Source: a virus
Reading direction: 5' to 3' (one strand)
Virus record (IMG/VR): IMGVR_UViG_3300045988_125590
Span: 1 to 64,000 of that record
DNA length: 64,000 bases
Each line of letters opens with the position of its first letter. The first letter of the stretch is position 1. Both the position numbers and the translations under genes were made by a program. This document shows positions 27,860 to 38,412 of the stretch, in pieces. Under the pieces are notes generated by a model. The model was not told the origin of the DNA. It saw only the letters and a list, made by a program, of their open reading frames with translations, and made no database searches.

Positions 27860-28255
27860 TTAAGCTACCTCAAATTTGAGGTAACGAGATGTTGATTTGC
27901 TACCATCTGGCTGGTCAAAAGAACGCTCAACAACCTTTGTTACCTTCAACTTGAGAGTTCCCTCCTCGCTGAACAAATCAACGAAAGAGACAAGACGCTC
28001 CTTAATAGTCTTACCAGTTAAGGCAAGACCATTGTTGCGACGTGTGAGCTGAGATGCTGAAACGGCAACATCGCCATCGGTCTGAACATCGGTCCACTCC
28101 TGTGTTGTGCCATTGATAGTTTCCTTGCGAGGTACAAACATCTCCTTAGAGAGTGTAAAGTTGAGTTCATCACTAACAGCGAGAGGAACCATACGAGCTT
28201 CCTTTTCACCACCCTTGATAACTACGTCATCAATCTTAAATTCATTCTTTTTCAT
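27860..28255 (-). CDS. Hypothetical protein
   Basis: 131-aa ORF. Confidence 0.4.
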   Translation of the reverse strand: MKKNEFKIDDVVIKGGEKEARMVPLAVSDELNFTLSKEMFVPRKETINGTTQEWTDVQTDGDVAVSASQLTRRNNGLALTGKTIKERLVSFVDLFSEEGTLKLKVTKVVERSFDQPDGSKSTSRYLKFEVA

Positions 28256-28329
28256 AATGCTAAAATTTTTAATTAGTAATGTTTATTTTTGTTTTTGTTC
28301 AAGACTGTAGGGGGGACTGAAAGATGTTG

Positions 28330-28441
28330 TGGACTCTCCCATGCATAACATATAAAATTTTTAATTTTTGGACTCTCCCGTTCATAATACTCTAAAATTT
28401 TTGGATTCCGACAAATAGGGGGAGGGGGGATAAAAAAAAAA
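28330..28441. repeat. Two imperfect ~38-bp direct repeats (ggactctccc[a/g]t[g/t]cataa.a...aaaatttttNNtttttgga) followed by a G-rich run and A10
   Basis: Visible directly. Lies in the leader of the minus-strand gene starting at 28255. Confidence 0.6.
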
Positions 28442-28452
28442 GCTAACCCAGA

Positions 28453-28716
28453 TTACTCTGGATCAGCTTCAAATGATTCAATTGTTTCCTTAAATTCTTT
28501 AACTTGTTCTGGATTGCCAGAATGATCTCTAACAGATAAAATATTAAGTGCATCTTCAAAATTAATATAGAATTGTTCATCTGTTAGTTTTAGTTTCTCT
28601 GCCTCATCAGCAGCTAGGGTAGCCATATGCAGTGCAATTTGGCACATAGTCCAAACTCTATTCTTTTCATTTGGAAATCTACCTGACTTAATCAATTTCA
28701 TTAATTCACTTCTCAT
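28453..28716 (-). CDS. Hypothetical small protein
   Basis: 87-aa ORF. Confidence 0.35.
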   Translation of the reverse strand: MRSELMKLIKSGRFPNEKNRVWTMCQIALHMATLAADEAEKLKLTDEQFYINFEDALNILSVRDHSGNPEQVKEFKETIESFEADPE

Positions 28717-28732
28717 AATACATATTTTTAAT

Positions 28733-28807
28733 TGGTCGCCCCATTCAGATTCGAACTGAAACGTGCGGTTTTAGAGACCGCTGTGCTAACCATTACACCA
28801 TAGGGCA
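28733..28807 (-). tRNA. Amber-suppressor tRNA (anticodon CTA), tRNA-Gln-like body, CCA encoded
   Basis: Acceptor tgcccta/tggggcg (U1-G72); D gtgt-aatggtta-gcac nearly identical to tRNA-Gln(TTG) at 21540-21610; anticodon stem gcggt/accgc with loop ctctaaa (C34 U35 A36 reads UAG); T-arm ttcag-ttcgaat-ctgaa; 3' ACCA. Confidence 0.7.
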
Positions 28808-28846
28808 ATAAGTGCTACTTTTTAAAAGGAGTAGCCAACCTTAAAA

Positions 28847-29287
28847 TTAAAACTTTTCATAAAGTTCAACCATACCTTGAATTTTATGCTGAAGATGCAA
28901 ACAAATAATGTCTGTAGAAATATCAATCATTTTTTCCACCTCTTGTGCTTGGTCTTCATCAAAGCTTTCTAAATCAAGAAGTTCATTAAATCTAGTTAAA
29001 TCCAATTTAGATTTAAGCTCATCCACTATTTCTACAAATAAATCATCATCAAGAGCTTTAATTCCTTCTTTATATTCCTCAACAATTTCCTTAGTGGCAG
29101 AATCATCAAATTCTCCATCTTGTTCAGGGATATTAGCTTCAATCTCTATTTTAAGATGACCATTATCTTTTTCCAAATGACATTTTAAATCATCACTTTC
29201 AAATGTCTCTACAGTTCCGTCTGGAATACATAAACCTAATATATTCGTAAGGTCTGGAAGTTCGTTAAAATTAATAGTTTTATCCAT
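28847..29287 (-). CDS. Hypothetical acidic protein (standard code)
   Basis: 146-aa ORF, highly Asp/Glu-rich. Confidence 0.4.
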   Translation of the reverse strand: MDKTINFNELPDLTNILGLCIPDGTVETFESDDLKCHLEKDNGHLKIEIEANIPEQDGEFDDSATKEIVEEYKEGIKALDDDLFVEIVDELKSKLDLTRFNELLDLESFDEDQAQEVEKMIDISTDIICLHLQHKIQGMVELYEKF

Positions 29288-29389
29288 GTTATTTTGCTTA
29301 TTTGATTACATAGCAAATATATATTCTCCTTCTAAAAATCAAAAATAGAATATTGTTAAAAACTATTAAGATTTAAATTTACCTCCATT

Positions 29390-30236
29390 TTTAAGAGTAA
29401 ATCCCTAACTAGTCCAACTTGGGACAGTTTGAAGATTAAAATCCAATAGTTTAGGCTTTTTAAAGAAAGTTAATCCTACATTTCCAGGAGATACATCATC
29501 AACTACTACAGTACCATTGGTATATGCTCTATATTGTACATTTGGATCATTGACTTTTCTAAAACCACTCTTCTACATAGCTTTATCCAGTTTACCAACA
29601 TACTTTGGAAAAGTCTTTTCACTAAGGACTTTTACTTTCTTCTAAATGAAAGTTGGAAATCTTTTAGACCCATCCCTCACATATCCTACAAACTTTAGAG
29701 GAAGGGAATTTGGAATTGCATTCCTTTTCAACATTTCACCACTTCCAACCTAAGTTATCTTTCCTACTGTAGTAGGAGAATTTCTTATTACAAGGGCTTC
29801 TGAACCCTATCCTATTTTATAAGGAGTTAAGGCGGATAACTTACCTACTGTAACTCTTCTAGAAACAGAAGGTAAAACACCTTTAAAAGAACTTGCAGGT
29901 CCTACAGTTATAAGGGAAGTTCCTATGTTCTTTACATTATCTTTAGCATAATTAAAATTAGACTATATTTTCTTCTAATCCTTTTCTTTAGAAGGGTCAT
30001 AATGAGTTTGCTTTCCAAATACTCCATATCCAAAGAAGTTATCATTATAGAAGTTCTACATATTCTAATAGTACTTAGCTTTGTCTGCATCATAGATTAC
30101 TGCTTGATTTCTTTTAGCAGCTTCCTATAATCTTCTCTACCTAATTCTAGCCTACTGTTCTTTAGTAAGTCGAAAAGCTAGAGGTTGTTTTCTAACAACT
30201 CTAGTATTATCCTATACTGCAATACCGCCTCTCTAA
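29390..30236 (-). CDS. Hypothetical protein, TAG-recoded (boundaries approximate)
   Basis: Minus-strand frame from ATG at ~30236 is open for ~280 codons if the ~13 TAGs are read as sense: MIKFQRGGIAVQDNTRVV... Confidence 0.3.
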
Positions 30237-30239
30237 AAC

Positions 30240-30461
30240 TTAATCATTCATTTTACCTTTCCAAATTCCAGTTACTGAATCTATTCCTAGTAATAAACAT
30301 ACTGCATATATAAAAGGTTCTATCATTAGAGGGGCTTGAATAGAAGATATTGTACAATAGACTAACACAAAAATAATAATAAGGAATCCAATTACTCCAC
30401 AGACTCTTTTACTACTAATGCCAGAATGTGAAGTAATCATCAACCTAAGAAATTCTTTCAT
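30240..30461 (-). CDS. Small two-TM membrane protein, holin candidate
   Basis: 73 aa; two hydrophobic helices (VCGVIGFLIIIFVLVYCTI, FIYAVCLLLGIDSV); near the virion-lysin gene. Confidence 0.4.
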   Translation of the reverse strand: MKEFLRLMITSHSGISSKRVCGVIGFLIIIFVLVYCTISSIQAPLMIEPFIYAVCLLLGIDSVTGIWKGKMND

Positions 30462-30970
30462 AATATTATAAGAATAATTATAGCTCTTATACCTAATTAA
30501 TATTATAATTATATATCTGTGCTATTGGATTTAATCCCTATTCTTTATTCCACTAATTAATAATCTATTTATCTTTATTTCTTCCTCGGTTCATTTCTAT
30601 ATTATAGAATGCAGGTCTATTATTATACCTCTTCTATTTTAATTTCTACTTAAATTGATTAAAGTTCTGTACATTCTATAAATTCTTATATCGCCCAACA
30701 GTCAAAGAATCAGATGCATTCTTAGTCCAATCCTGCAAGTTAGTTGCTCTTTTACCAAATGAATAAAATTTATTAGGTCTTCCATCTTCTATTAGAGATA
30801 AATGGGCTGTATCAAAAGCAGCCTAAGCTGGAATACCTTTATTTAGTAGAGCTACATATCTTTGAGTTATTTGGGGCATAGTGTTATCAATCTTATAGAG
30901 ATTCCCTCCAGTTTGTCTTTTTGGAACTAACTACATACTATACAAAATTTTAATTGTTATAACGGTATTC

Positions 30971-31957
30971 TCACGTCTAATATGCGAATTTAATTCGTTT
31001 ATTCATATTCATCTCATTATTACCAGCTCTCTCAAAGTGCTTTGCAAATACTTTAGTGGCGTCAGAAATAGTATTAGTGTTAAGTAGTTTCTAAAAAGCT
31101 TTACTTTCTGTAGAATTTAATTCTTCCCATATAAATTCTAGCTGCTATGATACAGTGGGATTCATTCCATACTTTTGAATGAGCCTCTATTTACGAGGAC
31201 CTAACCATTGTGCCAACCCAAAGGCTTTACTAGATTTATTTATTGCAGTGTGCTTTCCCCTGCTTTCCTACATTAGATTTCCTACTATTCCTCTAGCCTA
31301 AGCATCTGATAATCCTTTATTTTTAAAGAAGTTTAAAGCGTATTGATTAAATTGACTATCGTTTATAGTTCCTAGGATTCTTCTAACACTTTTAATTTTT
31401 AGATTTGGAAGTAGCCTTTCAACTATTCCTAATTTCTTTCCAGCTGCATCTATAATATATATCTATCCATTATCTATTCTACTTATAAGTCCTATATGCT
31501 AGCCACTAGGACTATTCTTACTTCCAAACCAGATTACATCTCCAGGCTATGCCTACTATAGATTAATTTCTTGTCCAACTTTCCCCTGCTAAGCTGCAGT
31601 TCTAGGAAGATTAATTCCTACACTATTAAAGACATACTTTATAAGTCCACTACAATCAAATCCAGAACTTGGACTAGAACCTCCCCAACTATACTTTCCA
31701 CCTAAGAACTATCTAGCCTAGTTAATTACTTTCTAAGCTGCAGAAGAGGTATTCTCAGATTTAGAAGGAGTATAATTAAAAGTAGGTTCCTGAATGTCCT
31801 ATTCAGGTACATCTAGGAAACTCCAGTCTATATTTGAGTCTTCTACTTCCTAAGTAGGCTACTACATTAACTGTATTTCCTGATAATTCTATTGCACATC
31901 TGGGGTAACTATATCTGGTGGAGATACCGATTCAAATGTTGTAAATAATTCAGCCAT
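30971..31957 (-). CDS. Peptidoglycan hydrolase: N-terminal NlpC/P60 (CHAP-like) peptidase plus C-terminal phage-tail-lysozyme-like domain; TAG-recoded
   Basis: Hand translation with TAG=Q: [25 protein letters not shown]...[29 protein letters not shown]...GQHIGLI (Cys-His NlpC/P60 core), then [37 protein letters not shown] (GIAQW-type lysozyme motif). ATG overlaps the upstream TAA. Confidence 0.55.
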
Positions 31958-32259
31958 TACATTAAATTATTTAAATTAATCTCAATTTTATATGGAATAT
32001 TATCTAAATATTCTTTTACATCTTTATTAGTCCAATCTATAGTACACCGAGCTATTTCTTTACCATCTTTAAAAAAGCAAGCATACTAAGAGGGTAACAA
32101 ACATGGACAAGCTTTAAAGAGAATCAAAGCTTGTTTAAAATTATTCGTAATAACTTTTTCACTATAATAAGTATTATGTGCAAATATTATTTTAATGCAA
32201 TCAAACGTATAGGTGTTATTTCTAACAAGTGATGAGAAGTCATTCTCCATTTCCTAGTT

Positions 32260-33619
32260 GATTGGAAGCCAATGCTCCTACTACTGGGATTCCTAAGGCT
32301 ATAGTTTTTCCATATAAGTTATTAAGAGATTCATTAGTAAATATCTATCTAGCATTATCTATTTGAGTAAGTTCTTCCTCAGATGCATTTGGGTGATTTC
32401 TTTTGTACTAATTTACAGCACCTGCTCTGGCTCTTGACTCTTGAGGAGTCTACCAATACTTTACTCTATCCCCGATCCAATGTCTAGCTTCCACTTCAGA
32501 CATTCCATATTTAGTTTGCAATTTGTTCATTAAAGTAGTAAACTTATTAGGGTCTATTTCCAGTCTATCATTAAGGGCTTTAGCATTTCTAAGAACCTTA
32601 TCTAGCGCATTCTATTCAATTGGAGATAAAGTTATTTGAGGTGTAGCCCACCCAGTTGAGCCGATATTAAAAGTACCGTGATGCATTCCTTCATGTATTG
32701 CTGTATAGTAGGGATGTGATGCCTAATTAGATATAGCTATAAAATGTTCAGATGGATACTAATTAGTATGTATGCTCTTAGGCAAGAATTGAGAGTATCC
32801 CTAAACGCCTTTACCCATATCCTCCACCATAACGTTTACTGGTCCAAACCTATCACTCATAGGGAGTTTTTGAGATAGAACTCTTCCCTATAAGTTCTAA
32901 AAGGCTTTTATTTCATCCTGGGTCAAACCTCTTGAAGCAGCCCTAGTTTCCCATTGTGGGCTTCTATACCACATCATTATATCTCTAACACCTTCATTAG
33001 CTTCCTATCTTATCTACTATGGTGTTAGCTTAGTCATCTGTTCCTTAAATGCCTTCATTTCTTTTGGAGGAATTATAGTAGAAGTAATAGGATCGAAGAT
33101 AAATGTAACATTCTGGTTAGAAGTTTTATTATCCTTAATTCCCTAAAACTTAACTGCATCTGCTCCAGACTATTCAGCTTCTCTAAGTATATGGTTGCGC
33201 AGTTTATTTTTACCCTGGGCAGGAATATCTCCAATCTATACCATTGGTTTCTTAAGAATCTATTGAAGCTATATTAATATTGGTCTATCATTCATAAACC
33301 CAATATCTTTTTTCTCTGATACCCACAATCCATTCTTTGGCGCTTCATGCTCTTTAGCATCCCACCTTCCTTTAAATACTCTTTTAATTTTAAAATTAGG
33401 ATTGTTAGTTCTATGCCATACTGTACGAGTTTCTGCAGGACTCCATCCAAGTTGTCCTGGAAATATATATGGAGCTTTGAGATCTTTTACTTGTCCGAGA
33501 CGCGATGCCAATAATCTACCCCTTGCTTTAGAGGCTAACTTAGGAGAGACTTTCTACAAGAGTTTGATAATTCCTCCTAATTGCTTCTTTTCAGTTTTAA
33601 TAGGTTCCCATCTTTTCAT
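32260..33619 (-). CDS. Hypothetical ~450-aa protein, TAG-recoded (boundaries approximate)
   Basis: Minus-strand ATG at ~33619 (MKRWEPIKTEKKQLGG...); open with TAG as sense to a TGA near 32260. Confidence 0.3.
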
Positions 33620-34341
33620 AATTAATGATTCCAAGTTCTAGCATTGGCAGCAAATGTAGCCCTCTTTCTAATCTTAGGATTCGGGCTATTCTTTCCTTTC
33701 TGAATGCAGGCATCAGTTACATTTCCTCCACAGTACTCAGTAAACTTACCTCTATTCTCCTTTTTAATACGTATCTTGTGTCCTTTTTTATAAAGTTCAA
33801 TTGGATCTGAATAATTCTCTAACTTTAAAGGGAGTTTAAGCTAAGAATTATCCTCAAAAAACTAAGAAAATTCGGTTAATTGATTCTAAGTATATTTCAT
33901 ATTAGATTTTGTTAAAAGTAACACATACTTTATTTGGGTATTCAAATTTAATATTTATATTTGTATAATTGAAATGAATATAACTCATAAGTTAAATAGA
34001 AAATTTCTCGTATAAATATACTTGTACAAACTCAAAGACTAATAGATTAACTATATAATATCTAACAAATGAGTTACAAAACAAACTTAAATTCTAGACT
34101 ACTTGTTGCTGTAATTTTAACTATAGTAGGAAGTGGTTTATTAATTGCTGGATTTTCAGTTCCTCCTCTAGGAATAATTGATGGTTCAGTTTTAGTAGCA
34201 TTCGGAGAGACTAGTACATTTGTCGCTGCATTGCTTGGAATAGATTACAATTATAAATATTAGATGTATAAAAACAAAGTTCTTTCAGGACTTAGTGGAA
34301 ATGGGAAATGAAATAATGAAGTAAACTAAATAAAGTGTAAT

Positions 34342-35211
34342 ATGAAAATTGATAAGCAGAATGGAACGGTTGCGTTCAATGATCAAGAGCATATTTATTG
34401 GAATGTAAATGACAATAAGAGATATGTCTCAGTTACTACTCTAATTCACAGATACACTCAAGAATTTGATAAGGAATTTTGGTCTTCCTATAAGGCTTTA
34501 GAAAAATTGCTTCCAAAGAAGTCATGGGAAATAGAAAAGAAGTCTTTACTAAATACTAAGAAGTTCAATAAGGAATTGTTGAGTTTATATGATATAGATG
34601 AGAATGATTTCAATGCGGTTCAGCAAGACATCTTAGATGCTTGGGATGAAGAAAATAGAAAGTCGTGTGAAAGAGGAACTAAAATACACTCAGAAATAGA
34701 AAATTCCTTTTATGATCATCCTACCGATATTTCTTTAAAGAAGTTTGGTTTAGGAGGAAAATTCGAGTGTAAAAAAGATTATTCAGAATTGGATTTAGAG
34801 CATGGAGTATATCCAGAGTATTTGATATATAGAGAATCAGATGATGGAATCTTACGCATAGCAGGACAGGTGGATCTTATAATTAAATCTGGAAATGAAA
34901 TAACAATTGTAGACCACAAGACAAATAAAAAAATTGATCAAAAGTCTGGATTCAATACAACTACAAAATCAAATACCAAGATGAAATATCCTCTAAATAA
35001 TCTGATGGACTGTAATTTTTATCATTACACTTTACAGCTCTCTACTTATGCTTGGATGTTGCAGAAGATAAATCCAAATTTCGTAATTAAGGACTTGATT
35101 TTGAATCACTATGATCATAATGGTAATAACACATTATATCATTGTGAGTATCTGAAGCATGATGTAGAAAAAATGCTTTATCATTATAAGAAAAGTCTCA
35201 TTTTGGAATAG
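34342..35211 (+). CDS. PD-(D/E)XK-family nuclease-like protein
   Basis: GTKIHSEIE ... RIAGQVDLIIKSGNEITIVDHKTNKK resembles the D...(D/E)xK core of RecB/Cas4-like exonucleases. Standard code, no TAG. Confidence 0.4.
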   Translation: MKIDKQNGTVAFNDQEHIYWNVNDNKRYVSVTTLIHRYTQEFDKEFWSSYKALEKLLPKKSWEIEKKSLLNTKKFNKELLSLYDIDENDFNAVQQDILDAWDEENRKSCERGTKIHSEIENSFYDHPTDISLKKFGLGGKFECKKDYSELDLEHGVYPEYLIYRESDDGILRIAGQVDLIIKSGNEITIVDHKTNKKIDQKSGFNTTTKSNTKMKYPLNNLMDCNFYHYTLQLSTYAWMLQKINPNFVIKDLILNHYDHNGNNTLYHCEYLKHDVEKMLYHYKKSLILE

Positions 35212-35338
35212 AAAAGAAGTGCAAGAAAAAGAATAGAATACTAATCATTATTAAGGGCATATTGAATCCCAATTTTGGATTAAATGTCAACACTATACAC
35301 TAAAAGCAATCTATTCTTTTTCTTTTTATTTTTAGATT

Positions 35339-35607
35339 ATGAATGTATTTGATATTATTAATGGTCATACAAAAGAAGTCCTTAATCTTAACTAGGACTT
35401 AAGTAGCAATAGATTAAAAATCTGCTATAGTTGTCCTCTATACTCAGGTAAGTTTGGGGGAATGTGTAATAACAAATTATGGTTGAATGTTAATACAGGA
35501 GATGTAAGTAGTGTCCAGAAACCTGGATATAAACGTGGATGTGGGTGCAGATTGCAAGCTAAGACTAGACTTCCAAATGCAGTATGTCCACTAAGCAAAT
35601 GGTAATA
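35339..35607 (+). CDS. Small Cys-rich (zinc-ribbon-like) protein, contains in-frame TAG
   Basis: MNVFDIINGHTKEVLNLNQDLSS...CYSCP...CGC... read with TAG=Q. Confidence 0.3.
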
Positions 35608-35625
35608 ATTAAATGTTAATGATTT

Positions 35626-36216
35626 ATGAAAGACGTAAGACTTTACTCAACAGAGAATGAAAAAATTGCTAAAGAATTACTTGGAACAGATAGTAATTTT
35701 ACTTCAGTAAACATGAAAGAAAACTCACTTGATTCTTTAATTAAAAAAGAGAAGGCTCGCAAGTTTAATTCAGAAGTAGAAAAGTACAATGAAAAACTGG
35801 AACAAAATAATAAAGATTTTGAAGAAAGCCAGGATAAGGTAGAATATGATATTTCCAAAGCAGAAATAAAGCCAATGTTTTCTCGTATTCTAGTACAACC
35901 TTTTAAGGTTAATCCGTTCCAAAAAATGAAAGTGGAAAATGGACTTATAATTGATACTGGAGGATATACCCCTCATACTCAACTTAATGAGCAAACTGGT
36001 AGATATGAAGAACAAAAGCAATTCATAGTTACAGGATGTGTCGTTGAAGTTGGACCAGAGGTCAAGTACTTAAAAGAAGGAGATGTTATTTTTTATAGGG
36101 TTGATACTGCAGTACCTGTTCCGTTCTTTAAGCAGGGATTCATAAGTTTAGCAGAGAGTCAAATTATAGCAGTTGTTAATGAAGGTCTACAAGACCGTTT
36201 TAATAATATTAAATAA
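35626..36216 (+). CDS. GroES-like co-chaperonin (Hsp10/gp31-like) with ~90-aa N-terminal extension
   Basis: C-terminal 100 aa IKPMFSRILVQP...GLIIDTG...FIVTGCVVEVGPEV...LKEGDVIFY...QIIAVVNEG follows the GroES pattern. Confidence 0.5.
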   Translation: MKDVRLYSTENEKIAKELLGTDSNFTSVNMKENSLDSLIKKEKARKFNSEVEKYNEKLEQNNKDFEESQDKVEYDISKAEIKPMFSRILVQPFKVNPFQKMKVENGLIIDTGGYTPHTQLNEQTGRYEEQKQFIVTGCVVEVGPEVKYLKEGDVIFYRVDTAVPVPFFKQGFISLAESQIIAVVNEGLQDRFNNIK

Positions 36217-36453
36217 TATGGAAGAGAATAATATATATTTTAATCCTGGCTAGATAGTATAGCTTAAGTAGGATATACCTAATAAGCCAAGGATGATTGT
36301 TGTAAAGAAAGAAACATCTTTATTCAAGCATGACTCAAGAAGGGAGGATAAACGTCCTATCCTTATAGGAATTAGATGTCGTTGGTTTACTACTACTGGG
36401 GCTATGCAAGAAGCGGTGTTTAATACTAAAGACATTGAATTAATTAAAGAATA

Positions 36454-37791
36454 ATGGCTAACAATTGGAATTATGGAGACTCCTATTTTGATGGGAACTC
36501 CTATAAAACAAGAGCGTAGGCATTTGCTGCCGCCAGAAAGAATGGCAGGGGAGTATTTACTTATAAAGGCAAGTAGTATAATACAATGTAGAAAGGTGAG
36601 AATGCTGATGAGTTTAGAAGAGCTCACGCAGACTATGACTACTTCCTTGGGAATGTAGCAAAGGACTAGGGAGGATGGAAACCATCTGACCCAGTCTAGA
36701 CTTCTTATAAGGTAAATAAGGTCCCAGATGCATATACAAAACCCCTTCCAAAGAGTTCAAAGCCTCAAACTCCAGCAAGAACTAAATTATCTATGTTTAC
36801 TAATGATGATATTAGAAATTTAGGATTTAGAAATTATGCTGGAATGGTAAGTGCTATTGGAAATAAAGCTAATGCAAATAATAATTTTGTAAAGGCTATG
36901 ATTGATAGATATGGCTCTGATACTAGTAAGTGGAATCAGAATACTATAGAAAATGATCTCGGTGTTAAAGGAACTTATAGAAGTTTTGGAGGAGGTGATT
37001 TTGGAGATATGTCCAGAGCAATGGCTGGATGGGTAGGATAGAATAATGGGGAGATAGATAGACAGGATTTACAAAGTAGAACTGGCTCAGATGGTGTAGT
37101 CTATGCTAATAGTAGGGTAAAAGACTTGTTTGACAAGGTACACTTAAAACCTAAGACATTTACCTTTAATACCAGTTTATTTGGGACTAATTTATTTGGA
37201 ACACCTAAGAAGCAATAGGGAGGTCAACTTAATATGAATGAACAGCAATTACAATAGGCATTTCTACAGTATTTAATGTAGAAAACTGGAGCTCAAAATG
37301 AGTAGCAATTAGAACAAGTAGTTTAGTAGTTAGGAGAGGATGGCTTAAAGTAGGCATATGCTCAGTTTATGCAGGAAATGTAGCAATAGCAGGTTCAAGC
37401 TGCTAAGTTTGGAGCTAAACTCAATTATATAAAGAAACTTAATGGTTAGTGTCCAGAAGGAATGGAAATGCATTACTACAAACAGGGAGGAAGACTTTGC
37501 AGAAAATGCATGCAGGCTAAATAGAATGAAGGAGAAAGGGAAACTCCTTCTAATCCAATTGATGCTTTCAAGTGCGGAAGAAAAATAAAGAAAGACTAGC
37601 ATGGTAAAAAGCTGCCTCAAATAAAATCTAATAAAAATGGTTAGGACTAGGCTACTAAGGATTCTATTGCAGCTAATTGCTACAATGATTAGGATGTTCA
37701 AATAAACAGACCTGGTTCTTATAAGAAGAATGCAAAAGGACAAGTACAGTGGACTCCTGATAGAACTAAAGCACCTTATAGGAAAAAGTAA
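36454..37791 (+). CDS. Hypothetical protein with TAG-encoded Gln-rich segment; TAG-recoded
   Basis: Frame open from ATG 36454 to TAA 37789 except TAG codons. Segment ~37245-37420 has ~15 TAGs giving QQLQQAFLQYLMQ...QEMQQQVQAAK. Confidence 0.35.
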
Positions 37792-38412
37792 TCTTTATAA
37801 GTGTAGAAATATGAATTAATGAATTATGGTTTAGGATATATTTGTTTATAATAATCAACTCAACAGAGTTGATCTCAATACACATGAAATATTATTGGTT
37901 AAGGAATTTAAAGCCCTCCTTGAACCAAGCAGAAATAAATGCAAAGAAGACCCAAGTGGATTAATGGGTCTTCGAGCATTTAGAGAATTTACCTATATAT
38001 GGCTTGCTATATGTTGGAAATCTGTATATAGCGAGTATGATGAATAGGTAAGACATTAGGAATCCCTAAAGGATGCAAACCTAACGGAAGAAGAATTTAA
38101 TAACCCGGAATTTAGAGCAGCATGTAGGAAATTTAGACAAATACAAGAATCTAATCTTTCTATTAAAATGCTACATGCTGCACAGGAAACTGTTAATAAG
38201 TTCATAGAATACTTTAATTCAGTGGATCCTTTAGAGAGAGATGAGTAGACTGGAAAGCCCGTGTATAAAGTTAAAGACATTATGGCTGAATTGAGTTCTT
38301 TAGGAAAAGTTCATGATGAGTTAGTCGATTTGGAAGGAAGAGTCAAGAAAGAATTAACTGAACAATCTTCAGTACGTGGTGGAGCTATAGACGGATACCA
38401 ACCTAACTTTTA

